Below, one piece after another: positions 49,551 through 59,294 of a stretch of DNA of 64,000 nt; position 1 is the first letter of the stretch; the number at the start of each line of letters is the position of its first letter. Position numbers and translations under genes: made by a program. The stretch spans positions 832,001 to 896,000 of the forward strand of contig CAXRHT010000001.1 of the NCBI GenBank assembly GCA_964230645.1, in the 5' to 3' direction. The DNA is from Bdellovibrionales bacterium. Lineage in GTDB: Bacteria > Bdellovibrionota > Bdellovibrionia > Bdellovibrionales > JAGQZY01. The notes below the pieces were generated by a model. It ran no database searches and was not told the DNA's origin. It was given only the letters and a program-made list of their open reading frames with translations.

Positions 49551-49586
49551 AAAAAAAGCCCACGCTTTAAACGGGGGCTTTTTTTT
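49551..49586. terminator. Intrinsic terminator after the lipoprotein gene
   Basis: AAAAAAGCCC...GGGCTTTTTTT hairpin with A/T runs on both sides. Confidence 0.75.
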
Positions 49587-49610
49587 AATTCTATTACTAT
49601 TTTTTTCAAA

Positions 49611-50435
49611 TTATAGACTGTCTCCAGGTCCTACAGGTTCTGGCCAACGAAACTCTGTTTCAGGCTCAATGAAAGTTCCCGTCTGTCCTCCAAAAGGATC
49701 AACAACCGTACCATCTTCATCATTGTCGTTTTCGGTTCCGAAGTTGTTATCGACACAATGGTTCTGCAGATAAGACATAGGCTCAAGAGCCGCTCTTGTT
49801 TCCTCAGCATTAATTTGTACCTGACGAGAGATATAGTTACGAGTGATGGAACGTGAACCTCGCACGTCATTACCATCTTTTTCAAGTCCAATAAAAGCGA
49901 TAGCATCCGTGGTATCGTCACCTTGGCGGCGAATAATAGCCATCATTTCATCACAGTTTTCAATGGTGCACTCAAGTAAGACTTCATAGAGACCATTGTT
50001 TCCTGCAACGATACGCTCACCACTTGTGAGACGATTGTAATCAACATTACTGTCAAAAATCTCTGTGCGTTCGTTGTTTTCACAACCTGTCAGTAAAAGC
50101 GATCTTGCTGATGTGTTTTCAGAAGCTCCACCAGGGTGCTCTGTGGTTCTTAGTTCTAATCCGAAAGCTTTAATATCAAGTACAAAGCGCAGAACTGTGG
50201 CTAGATCTAATCCACCTAGCTCGTTACTGAAAGAATCATAAATACTTTGATCCACTTCAGGAGCTGTTTGACCAGGGGGCGTGCGCTCAATGTCCTCTTC
50301 GACAGCGGCATTATCAGCAGTCACACCTTCTAAATTCCTTGCCTCAAAACCTTCTCCGCAAGCTGTTAGTAATCCAAAACAAGTCGCCATTAGAAAAACC
50401 ATAAGGCTAGACAATGTTTTATTTAGGGTTTTCAT
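49611..50435 (-). CDS. Lipoprotein of unknown function (paralog of 35477..36256)
   Basis: Lipobox LTAC; CTIENCDEMM motif. Confidence 0.85.
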   Translation of the reverse strand: MKTLNKTLSSLMVFLMATCFGLLTACGEGFEARNLEGVTADNAAVEEDIERTPPGQTAPEVDQSIYDSFSNELGGLDLATVLRFVLDIKAFGLELRTTEHPGGASENTSARSLLLTGCENNERTEIFDSNVDYNRLTSGERIVAGNNGLYEVLLECTIENCDEMMAIIRRQGDDTTDAIAFIGLEKDGNDVRGSRSITRNYISRQVQINAEETRAALEPMSYLQNHCVDNNFGTENDNDEDGTVVDPFGGQTGTFIEPETEFRWPEPVGPGDSL

Positions 50436-50466
50436 TTATTTCTCCTTGATTAACACCCTTTATATG

Positions 50467-50482
50467 TGCAAAGGCAGTACCA
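50467..50482 (-). promoter_or_regulatory. sigma54 promoter
   Basis: TGGTACTGCCTTTGCA = GG-N10-GC. Confidence 0.7.
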
Positions 50483-50781
50483 AAAAGAGACAGCAAAAAC
50501 TCAATATTTTTAGCTATTTATACTTTTAGCAACGATAACTCTTTAACTTAATCGCAAAATTGTCACCTCATCTGCAAAAAGTTTTTTCACTCAAAAATGG
50601 AAGCGATATAAGAAAGGACTGTTATAAAAATTCATTGATTCAACTTTGAATCACTTAAAAGTTCTGATTAAATTTGAAGTCAGAACATTAAAAAGTGATT
50701 GAAAATTATATTAGCCAGTTGAACTGGCAGGAGGTTCACTCAACTGCCAGCAAAATGTTTTAGATGAATGAATTCCGGGTT

Positions 50782-51708
50782 CTAGTAGACAAATTCAGTT
50801 AGATAGCTTTGTAGCCCCTCACTGATTTCTCGATCGGACTGGAAGTGAGACAAGGACGGGAAGGTACGAATTCGAGTCGTATCCCCTTCAAAATGATAGT
50901 CACTAAAACGGTAGCGGTAATTATTCCCCGATGGGCGAAAGGGGTTGAGGTGATCGTTGATTGATCCAGTAGAAAGTTCGGAAACTAAGGCACTGATGAT
51001 ATTTTGCTGTCCCGTCGAATTAATCGGATAGCGACTGAGAATTTCAGACCTAAAAAGTGAGCCCAGCAAGTTTGTTAGCTGATCTTCATCAGCAAACGTT
51101 GCCCCAGAGATCAGACCTTGAAAATATCTATCGGCCAAGATTTGCATTAGGTCTTCTTTGACCAATCCAATAATTCTCTCGGCCAACTCTCGAGGCTGTT
51201 GGATACCCAGCAATGGGCCGGTGTGAGTGTATTCAGTCATGCCAGAAATATGATAGGGCCCCAAATACTTCAGGACAGGATCATCATGGAAACACCCACC
51301 GTTTTCAACCTCGTCTAAAGTAATTGAGCCTTCTTGTAGTCCCTGGGCGTAGCGATTATATATTCTTTCCATGGCCTGGTTTGCCGGCAAAGCTCTTCGA
51401 GCCTCGGCCTCAAGAAGACTGTATTGACGAGCGGTTTCACTTGGGTTTGTTGCCGGAGGACAGAAATTGGGGTCATTGGTTCTCTGCAAAAGCTCCTGAG
51501 GAATAAAATGACACTTCCGAGAGCCTAAATATATATAGTACACATCATTTTCGAGTCGGCAGGAAATTTCACCCGAGCTCTGAACTTCATCGGCCCATTC
51601 ATGGGGGTTTTCAGTGGGCGCCAAACTATCGGCCGAGTCCGTTACTTCGGCATAGGCTGGATTGAGTAAACAACTTAAACCCAAGACCGTTATATATTTC
51701 GAGATCAT
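50782..51708 (-). CDS. Secreted protein of unknown function
   Basis: AAGGA RBS before ATG 51708; signal peptide ending AYA. Confidence 0.75.
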   Translation of the reverse strand: MISKYITVLGLSCLLNPAYAEVTDSADSLAPTENPHEWADEVQSSGEISCRLENDVYYIYLGSRKCHFIPQELLQRTNDPNFCPPATNPSETARQYSLLEAEARRALPANQAMERIYNRYAQGLQEGSITLDEVENGGCFHDDPVLKYLGPYHISGMTEYTHTGPLLGIQQPRELAERIIGLVKEDLMQILADRYFQGLISGATFADEDQLTNLLGSLFRSEILSRYPINSTGQQNIISALVSELSTGSINDHLNPFRPSGNNYRYRFSDYHFEGDTTRIRTFPSLSHFQSDREISEGLQSYLTEFVY

Positions 51709-51748
51709 AAAATTATCCTTTGCAAAAAATGACGATACCAATAGGTAG

Positions 51749-51764
51749 AGCAAGGCCCATGCCG
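51749..51764 (-). promoter_or_regulatory. sigma54 promoter
   Basis: CGGCATGGGCCTTGCT = GG-N10-GC. Confidence 0.65.
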
Positions 51765-51915
51765 ACTAAACACAATAAATTTTATTAATAAGGCTATGAA
51801 ATGAGGGAAGCTGACCTATAACGGCAGCAAGGTGTCGATAATTTGAGCCAACTTATCAATTTGAGACAGTTTTAAAATCACCGACTCAATCAATGGTAAA
51901 ACGGCGTTATTAGTA

Positions 51916-53592
51916 CTATTGATAGGATAAAACAGAAAATTCTCTGTTTAAAATCGAATCCGACTCCAAACGTGAGAACGCTGGCATAAAGCTTTGCTCA
52001 AATAACTCTTGATTTAAAACCGCCGGAACTGACACATAACCGGCCAGGTTAGAATTGGGAACGCCTCCCTCTTCTAAGTGGGCTTTAACATTTTGAGCCG
52101 TCACCGGGAGATCTTTTGCCAATGCCTCAACGATCATTCGTGTGGTTTCAGCGGTAGCCATAGAACTTGCCCCGGATTCATTGTTTAGGGCTTCACTTCC
52201 AAAGGGATGAAAAGTTGTAAGGTTATCAGCATAAGAGGCGACCGTAATAGTCTCTCCGTAGTTCACGGAAATATCGTTATACTGAGCCAATTCATCATTG
52301 CCACCGACAGCAGTCACTGAAATAACCTGGGCGTAGTCCCTAGAATATCGTGCCGGACAGTAAGCCACCTCATCCACATTGACTCCATCATTACCTGCAG
52401 CAGTCACCACAATAATATTTGAGTACTGGCTGAAAACTTCACGCCACTGCTCTTCAAAGGGATCATTGTCACCGCACTCATAGGCGTAACTCATATTAAC
52501 AACCTTCACGCCGAGTCTATCAAAATTCTCAAAGATTTCAGAAAGGTCTTCATCGGGAGCATAGCCGTAAGCTTTCCTTACTGAGACCAAACCAATACTT
52601 CCTTGATTCACCAAAATTCGACCAGCCATGGTGGTTTCATGACGAGGGTCACGGTTGGGCATTCTTGGAATGACTTGATCAAAAGGACGACGCGTTCCTA
52701 ATGCTTGATCCATCCACTCAGGAAAACCCACTTGATCTTTCCCTTCTTCAAGTCTTGCAATATCTGCAACAAGTTCATCAAAACGAATGTAGGGAAAGGT
52801 TGTGACTTTTTCTTTAAGCTCAATAAGCTCAACCACATCGTCTTCAAAACTCTCTCTCCCCAAAAGGTGCCTGGCTACTTTTGGGTGATTATAATCCACC
52901 CCAGAACCAATCACCCCCACCACAACTTTAGGATCCCTAACAAGGGAATCAAGATAGTTCTCCCCGTAAATGTCTGAAAGCGACTCATAATCTTGAGAAT
53001 TAATATTTAAATTAATGGCTTGCTGGCGCACAATTTCATCACCCTGGGGTGAGTAGAGTAAATAATATCTTTGGTTTGAATGTTCATCACCAATTCTTCC
53101 GAGCAAGCGATGTGAAAAATAGCTATGTAGCTGTTTGCGGCTATGCATGAAGGTGACATACTGAGAAGTATTGGGAAAGTACTGTTGATAAATATAATGA
53201 GTATTTACGCCTTCATCTTCCATAACAATTTGATGAGATTTATTAAAAAGCTCAAACCGAAGGGCACCTTCTATTTGTTCGTAACCTGCGAAAGAATCGA
53301 TATCGTAAAAGCGCTGAGAGTCTTCCCCACACACCTCAAGGGTTTCATCCATGGCCTCAGACAGAAGGTTTTGAAATTCAGTGGCACTCATGGCGGAGCT
53401 TGCAAGCTTTGGGAAAAGTTTTTCTAAAATATTAAACCAGACATAGTCGGCCTTATAACTGGAATACACCTGTTGAAACCGACACTCACTGGAAGCCGCA
53501 AATTCGGGTGTGGCCTGTGAGAACGGACTCGCCCACAAAGACTGAGTAGTAAGTAATAATATTGAAAGAAGAAGTGTCCCAACTTTTCCCAT
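51916..53592 (-). CDS. Secreted S8 subtilase-like protein with degenerate active site
   Basis: VIGSGVDYNHP, HETTMAG, VVNMS, AAGNDG and SSMATA motifs; signal peptide from ATG 53592. Confidence 0.78.
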   Translation of the reverse strand: MGKVGTLLLSILLLTTQSLWASPFSQATPEFAASSECRFQQVYSSYKADYVWFNILEKLFPKLASSAMSATEFQNLLSEAMDETLEVCGEDSQRFYDIDSFAGYEQIEGALRFELFNKSHQIVMEDEGVNTHYIYQQYFPNTSQYVTFMHSRKQLHSYFSHRLLGRIGDEHSNQRYYLLYSPQGDEIVRQQAINLNINSQDYESLSDIYGENYLDSLVRDPKVVVGVIGSGVDYNHPKVARHLLGRESFEDDVVELIELKEKVTTFPYIRFDELVADIARLEEGKDQVGFPEWMDQALGTRRPFDQVIPRMPNRDPRHETTMAGRILVNQGSIGLVSVRKAYGYAPDEDLSEIFENFDRLGVKVVNMSYAYECGDNDPFEEQWREVFSQYSNIIVVTAAGNDGVNVDEVAYCPARYSRDYAQVISVTAVGGNDELAQYNDISVNYGETITVASYADNLTTFHPFGSEALNNESGASSMATAETTRMIVEALAKDLPVTAQNVKAHLEEGGVPNSNLAGYVSVPAVLNQELFEQSFMPAFSRLESDSILNREFSVLSYQ

Positions 53593-53842
53593 AAGAATGT
53601 CCCCTTGTTTACCCTGGCTATCAAAGTCATGTCCCAATAAACCCTGAAAGCCACGCCCAGTTTATCAAAGTCTTTTCAATAACTTAGAAAAAAGACGAAC
53701 AAGTGAAAACTCTACATTTTGAAAGTGTATTTATTATTCTGTTTTTACGAGAGAGGATCTAATGGATATCAGATGGAAGACAAAGGACCTTCCATCACAA
53801 TTGTCTACTTATTCCACAGGCAAAAAGAAGCTCTAGAGTCTC

Positions 53843-54139
53843 TCAATCGCAGAGAAAGGCTGTTCCACGAACAGCCGTACCCATAGCTCCGGACTTTTTG
53901 ATCTGAACGTAATTGGCCCCTTTAAAGGCAGCATCTTTTTTAAGGTCCTCAAGGGCCTCCTCAAAGTTGCCTTGAGTGCTCATTGTGCGTCCCTCAACGG
54001 GTCCAAGCTCTTTACAGTCCTCATCGGCGGCATCCCGGCTGACTTCAACATTTTCGGCTTCGGGTTTCACTGGAGGACGATTGGAGCAAGCGCTCATTAA
54101 TAAAGAAATAGTAAAAAAGCACAGGGTCCATAATTTCAT
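53843..54139 (-). CDS. Small lipoprotein, DUF4156-like
   Basis: Lipobox MSAC; CKELGPVEG, LKKDAAFKGANYV and terminal AFLC motifs. Confidence 0.75.
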   Translation of the reverse strand: MKLWTLCFFTISLLMSACSNRPPVKPEAENVEVSRDAADEDCKELGPVEGRTMSTQGNFEEALEDLKKDAAFKGANYVQIKKSGAMGTAVRGTAFLCD

Positions 54140-54264
54140 AAAAACTCCTCAGTAAAGGAAATTGAAATCTAAATCATCGTTAAGATTATTTTGCAGGAAG
54201 CTTCAAGGGATGACAATTAAAACCATCCCTGAAGAGGCCAGAATCCCTCTTGGCCGGTAGGATA

Positions 54265-54753
54265 TTATTTTTTTAGAGCCAGGAGCTCTTCTTTAATCGG
54301 ATCGGAATCACTAATTCCAAGATTCTTTAAAATATAGAGAACGGATTTCTCACTGCCATTATTTTCAAGCATATCAACAGTTCCTGCAAATCGGGCGGTG
54401 GTGAGTTTACTCGGAGAAAATACAAAGAACTTTTCTCCATTAAACAGTCTGTAAGCGTCCACTATTTTTGCATCCGTACGCGCGTTCGGCTCGGACATAT
54501 CTAACTTATGGCAATTCAATTGATACTTATGACAAAGTCCATCGATTTCTTTTTGTCGTTCTTTGTCTTTTTTGCTCTCTTCGTTATTGATCACCAAAAA
54601 GTTTTTGTTACCAAAGCGTTTAAAATGATCCACTTCAAAATCAGAAACCGAAGTTGATGTGTAAGCTTGTGATTTATAAATATAAACATCCGGGTGGGTT
54701 TCAGAACAGGCTGTTAATGAAAAAACAAAAAGAATCATTAAAAAATACTTCAT
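54265..54753 (-). CDS. Lipoprotein of unknown function
   Basis: AGGAG RBS; lipobox LTAC. Confidence 0.75.
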   Translation of the reverse strand: MKYFLMILFVFSLTACSETHPDVYIYKSQAYTSTSVSDFEVDHFKRFGNKNFLVINNEESKKDKERQKEIDGLCHKYQLNCHKLDMSEPNARTDAKIVDAYRLFNGEKFFVFSPSKLTTARFAGTVDMLENNGSEKSVLYILKNLGISDSDPIKEELLALKK

Positions 54754-54913
54754 AAGCTCTCCTGGATGAAGACCTTATTGTAGACCAAAAGAGAAAAGCA
54801 CCCAAGCTTTCACCCAGACCACAAAATCAAATTTTTGTTCCAATTATCCTAGGAGCCTAGGTTTTATAACGAAACAATCTTTCCCCGTTAATGACTCCAA
54901 CTAGACCAAAGAC

Positions 54914-55130
54914 ATGCCGCCCTGAACTCCATTGGTCGCCCTGAACTCCAAATGTCGTCCTGTACTCCAAATGTCGTCCTGAGCGTAGCGAAGGACCTTT
55001 ACCGAGGACTGTGATTGATAACGCGAACTCAGTGGAGATAGATTCTTCGCTACGCTCAGAATGACAGTGTGTTCATTCAGAGTAACAATGCGTACGCCCA
55101 GAAAGACAATGCGTACGCGAAGAATGACTA
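54914..55130. repeat. REP-like element with 19-bp (left) and 21-bp (right) tandem satellites
   Basis: Core TGTCGTCCTGAGCGTAGCGAAGGACCT...AGATTCTTCGCTACGCTCAGAATGACA (54971-55067); same family as the 36.4 kb cluster, opposite orientation. Confidence 0.88.
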
Positions 55131-55139
55131 TGTGTAAGA

Positions 55140-56270
55140 TCAAGTCTTTTTAATTTTGTAATGAATCCAGCGACAGTCAACCCCACCGTTATCAATAGGA
55201 TGACGTTTCTCAGCTTTAAGCTTCAGAAATTGAGTCCACTTCGGGTCTCCCGAAAGCATCCAAACATCCCAACCAGAAAAGTTTTGCTTAAGATTGTAGG
55301 ATAAGTTTTTATAAAGCTCTTCTAGGAAAAACTCATCTCCCATTCGTACACCGTAGGGAGGGTTTGTCACGATCATGCCATTTTCAACGGGAGGCTCTAA
55401 AGTGGTGGCATCGCCTTTTTCAAATTCGATCAGGTCATCCACACCGGCTTCCTCGGCATTTCTGCGCGCTGCTTGCACGTTGGCAAACTTTTTATCAAAT
55501 CCGTAGAGTTTAAAATCCGGACCTTCATTTTCCATAGCCATAACTTCGTTGATTTCTTTATCAAAAAGATCCTCTGGCACATGCTCAAAATACTGGAAAG
55601 AAAACTTCTTATGAAAAGTTCCAGGACTTATGGATTTTAATTTCAAAGCAGCTTCAATTAAAAGTGTTCCGGAGCCACACATAGGATCCACCAAAGGTGT
55701 TTCCATATCCCAGTTTGAAAGTTGCAAAAGGCCGGCTGCTACATGCTCTCGCATAGGGGCTTCTACCGAGTGCTCCCTGTAACCACGCTGACTCAAAGAG
55801 TGCCCTGAAGTGTCTACAGACAAACGGTATTCGTTTTTTGAACCAAAGATAAAAAAGCGCACATTGGGTAATTTTTTGTCAATACTTGGACGCTCGCCAA
55901 ACTTCTCATTGAACTGATCGGCAATGACGTCTTTCACTTTCATGGCCAAAATTCTTTGATCATTGATCGAACACTGATTCAATTTGGCCTTGATGGAGAA
56001 GGTCATCTTGGGAGTCAGATAACGGGTGAAATCGTGTTTTTGAACGTTGTTATAAAGCTCATCGACTTTATAAGCCGGGAAATCGAGAATCGGTAAAGCA
56101 ATCCTTGTGGCAATTCGAGATCTTAAATTGGCTTTGGCACAATCCGACCAGGGGCCCTCAAAAGAGCACCCTTGTTTATCCACTTTTCCGACTTTGAGTC
56201 CAAAACTTCTTAGCTCTTCTGCAAGAGCCTCGCTCAACCCACGAGAGGTTGAAGCATAAAACTGGGGCAT
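55140..56270 (-). CDS. THUMP-domain rRNA m2G methyltransferase (RlmL-like)
   Basis: DTSGHSLSQRGYR, APMRE, DPMCGSGT and NPPYG motifs. Confidence 0.9.
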   Translation of the reverse strand: MPQFYASTSRGLSEALAEELRSFGLKVGKVDKQGCSFEGPWSDCAKANLRSRIATRIALPILDFPAYKVDELYNNVQKHDFTRYLTPKMTFSIKAKLNQCSINDQRILAMKVKDVIADQFNEKFGERPSIDKKLPNVRFFIFGSKNEYRLSVDTSGHSLSQRGYREHSVEAPMREHVAAGLLQLSNWDMETPLVDPMCGSGTLLIEAALKLKSISPGTFHKKFSFQYFEHVPEDLFDKEINEVMAMENEGPDFKLYGFDKKFANVQAARRNAEEAGVDDLIEFEKGDATTLEPPVENGMIVTNPPYGVRMGDEFFLEELYKNLSYNLKQNFSGWDVWMLSGDPKWTQFLKLKAEKRHPIDNGGVDCRWIHYKIKKT

Positions 56271-56276
56271 AAAAAC

Positions 56277-57977
56277 CTACATGATTTGATAATTGGGGCC
56301 TCCACCGGCCTCCGGTAAAGTCCAATCAATGTTATTAAACGGACATTTTATATCACAGGTCTGGCAGTGAATGCAGTTGGTAAAGTTTATTTGTAGCTTT
56401 TTCTTTCCCTCACCGGCTTCCTCATCATCAATCATCTCGTACACATTGGCAGGACAGAAGTGATGGCAAGGCGACTTGTACTTAGGATAGCAGGTATCCT
56501 GACATATGTTTCCATTTTGAAGCTTCAGGTGGTTAGGAGAGTCCTCATCGTGCATGGTGCCTGTCATATAAACACTACTGAGTTTATCAAAAAAGAGCTT
56601 ATTATCAGGCTCGGGGAGCTGGTTTTGCTTATGCTCAGTTCCCGCTGCTCCCCACACATCAAGAACTGTAAGAGTGGTCTCATAGTCTTTATGTTTAATG
56701 GGTAGCTCATCAAAAAGCCCTCGGCCATTGGTGATCTCTTGAAGCATCAGTTCCGGGGCTGAGAGAAAAACACCTTTAGAGATCGTTTGGTGAAAGTTTC
56801 TGGTTTGCCAGAGCTCTTCTTTTACAAAAGAGGCCTGAATTTTCTTATCATAAGCGGATAGAAATTCCTCAGAGAAATCGCCCGCTTTAAGGGCGTCGAA
56901 AGCTGTTTCACCAGCTAACATCCCTGACTTCATAGCTAAGTGGATTCCTTTGAGTTTTTTCACATCCACCATGCTCGCAGCATCCCCACTGACTAAGAGG
57001 CCGTGGTGATAAAGCTTCGGCATAGAGTACCATCCACCAGCAGGAAGAGTTTTACCTCCATAGGCAATAACCTCTCCCCCTTTAAGCTTTTCCTGGAAGA
57101 AGGGGTGAGTTTTAAGTTTTTGCAGTTCACGATGGGGATTCAACAAAGGATCTTCGGTATCAAGGTAGGCACAAAGTCCCACAACAATTTGATCATCAGG
57201 AAGGCCATAAATAAAAGTTCCACCCACCCCTTTTGTTAAAGGGTATCCAAGGGTGTGAATGACTTCACCTGTGACTCCTTGACCTTTTGGAAGCTGAATA
57301 ATTTCTTTTACACCCAGCTCAAAAACCTCAGGATTCTTACCTTCTCGAAGATTTAATTTCTCAGAAACTCTTTTAAAAAGTGGACTTCTTGTACCGTCAG
57401 CAAAAATCGTAACACCTGATTTAATCAGCATTCCAGGCTCAAAGTTCTCTTTGGGGTTACCGTCTTTATCAAGACCACGATCGCCCGTTTGAACACCAAC
57501 AACTTTGTCACCTTCGTAAAGAGCTTCAACGGCCGAGAAGCCTGCAAAAACGTTAATGCCCATGGCCTCAGCCTGCTCACCGAGCCAACGGTTGAACTGA
57601 GCAATAGAAATAATTTTGTTGCCATGATTTTTAAAAGGAGGCGGCAGCATGGGAGACTTCATTTTAAAATCCTCTCCCAGGTAATAAACAGCCTCTTTAG
57701 TAACATCACTTAAAATGGGACAGCCTCTTTCCTCGTAGTCAGGAAAAAGTTCATAAAGGGCCGAAGGGTTCATCACGGCGCCAGAGAGAGAATGAGCCCC
57801 CACTTCCGCGGCTTTTTCAAGAACAACCACCATGGGATCGATCGTGTTATCAGGATTGGCTTCGTTGTGCTCATTCACTTTTTTCTGAAACTGAATGGCG
57901 GCTGCAAGGCCTGCTGAGCCTCCTCCGATGATCAGAACATCCACTTCCATTTCTTCTCGTTGTATTTCGTTTTCCAT
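56277..57977 (-). CDS. Electron transfer flavoprotein-ubiquinone oxidoreductase
   Basis: GGGSAG, HSLSGA, KGIHLAMKSG, CPANVYE and NCIHCQTCDIKCP motifs. Confidence 0.95.
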   Translation of the reverse strand: MENEIQREEMEVDVLIIGGGSAGLAAAIQFQKKVNEHNEANPDNTIDPMVVVLEKAAEVGAHSLSGAVMNPSALYELFPDYEERGCPILSDVTKEAVYYLGEDFKMKSPMLPPPFKNHGNKIISIAQFNRWLGEQAEAMGINVFAGFSAVEALYEGDKVVGVQTGDRGLDKDGNPKENFEPGMLIKSGVTIFADGTRSPLFKRVSEKLNLREGKNPEVFELGVKEIIQLPKGQGVTGEVIHTLGYPLTKGVGGTFIYGLPDDQIVVGLCAYLDTEDPLLNPHRELQKLKTHPFFQEKLKGGEVIAYGGKTLPAGGWYSMPKLYHHGLLVSGDAASMVDVKKLKGIHLAMKSGMLAGETAFDALKAGDFSEEFLSAYDKKIQASFVKEELWQTRNFHQTISKGVFLSAPELMLQEITNGRGLFDELPIKHKDYETTLTVLDVWGAAGTEHKQNQLPEPDNKLFFDKLSSVYMTGTMHDEDSPNHLKLQNGNICQDTCYPKYKSPCHHFCPANVYEMIDDEEAGEGKKKLQINFTNCIHCQTCDIKCPFNNIDWTLPEAGGGPNYQIM

Positions 57978-58125
57978 GGGTTCCCCACTCCTTTTGAAAT
58001 GGCCCTCAACATATTGAAAACTAAAAGAAAATTCAAGACTTCCAGGCGTTAACCCTCTAGGTCGTCGGACTATTGAAAACCTTTATCAAAAGAAGCTTTA
58101 AATGGGATTTAAAAGCGATAAGAAA

Positions 58126-59004
58126 CTATCTGCCGTGATATTGATCAATCAATTGATTCACTTCTTCATGAATTGACTGGGCTTTGAGCGCTTGCAGTCT
58201 TTGATCTTTTGTTCCTGACCAAAATTTAGGCTCATAGAGAATCTCACAGGCTCTCTGTCTTTGATTCTCACTAATTGAGTCATGCTGAAAGCAGCACAAT
58301 TGCGACAAATAAACCAGGTCCGGGTACTCATCAGGATGATGAGAAAGTCCCGTCCAGTGCATCATCTCATGAAACAACAAAGACGATGAGTTCTCCGTTT
58401 TGTGATAAAGCGGGTTTCTCTTTCCAGATTCCACCACCACATCTTTTAAAGAGTCCCCGTAGAAATTGTAAAAGCCATCAATATCATCCTCATCCATATT
58501 GAGTGGAAAGTTACCCGCCATGCGATTGGTGTCCATGTAAATGGAAGGAGGCTCGGGCATATCAAGAAAAACGCCCCCCGGACCAATATCGTCGGGATTC
58601 AATCCCGAATTCGAGACAGCAAAAAAACTATGATACTCACCAAAGGTGCAAGCCACCGTTTTTTTCTTTGGTGAAAGTAAAAGCTTAAAGAGTTCTTTTA
58701 ATTTTTGCTGAGCAAATTTCGGAGCCTCGCGCCCCTCAAATTTACGACTTAAACATAAAGAGCTTTTTTGCACCAAAAACTGGAAATCCTCATGGACGTT
58801 ACTAAGGCCATTCACCGAGTAATTATGATAGGGATAAGATTGGCAATTCTCTACCCCCATATTCAAATCGGGGTAGAGGCCCTGACTCTCATCCATTGTT
58901 TCAAAGTTTGTGGCTTTTTCTAAAACTTGAGAATGACTCGGGCCCAAGGAGTCTTGGGCCTGAGTTGAAAAACTGAAAAATAATAAACTAAGAAAAAGAA
59001 AAAT
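58126..59004 (-). CDS. Secreted HExxH metallopeptidase-like protein (start unresolved)
   Basis: LFHEMMHWTG motif. The frame stays open upstream of the TTG at 58947 through a signal-like IFLFLSLLFFSFSTQA, beginning at ATT 59004. Confidence 0.6.
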   Translation of the reverse strand: MFLFLSLLFFSFSTQAQDSLGPSHSQVLEKATNFETMDESQGLYPDLNMGVENCQSYPYHNYSVNGLSNVHEDFQFLVQKSSLCLSRKFEGREAPKFAQQKLKELFKLLLSPKKKTVACTFGEYHSFFAVSNSGLNPDDIGPGGVFLDMPEPPSIYMDTNRMAGNFPLNMDEDDIDGFYNFYGDSLKDVVVESGKRNPLYHKTENSSSLLFHEMMHWTGLSHHPDEYPDLVYLSQLCCFQHDSISENQRQRACEILYEPKFWSGTKDQRLQALKAQSIHEEVNQLIDQYHGR

Positions 59005-59294
59005 GATTCCCCCCGGATCAGTACTGACAACCTAGGGTCATTCTTATCCTGTGGGTATTTCATTTTTGTTTGTGGCCCTATAAATATTGTTAATAGAAGA
59101 CTGAGAACTAATTAAAGCAGCAAACAAAACTTAATTCTTTTTGATGCAAATCCCCATTCTCTCTTTCCTGAAAAATTAACAATAAAACCCCAAGTAAAAT
59201 TTCTCTGCTCCCCATCTATAAGAGAAATTTTTAGAAAAAGTTTGCATTGCGCACAGCTCAAATACTATGAGCAGAGAGGAATCCGGGGGGAATC

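Noticed and set aside
53645..53660. sigma54 promoter before the subtilase
   Set aside because: TGGGCGTGGCTTTCA lacks a correctly spaced GC.
54901..55143. 80-aa ORF
   Set aside because: It is a translation of the REP-like repeat (VILSVAKNL, LRYAQDD).
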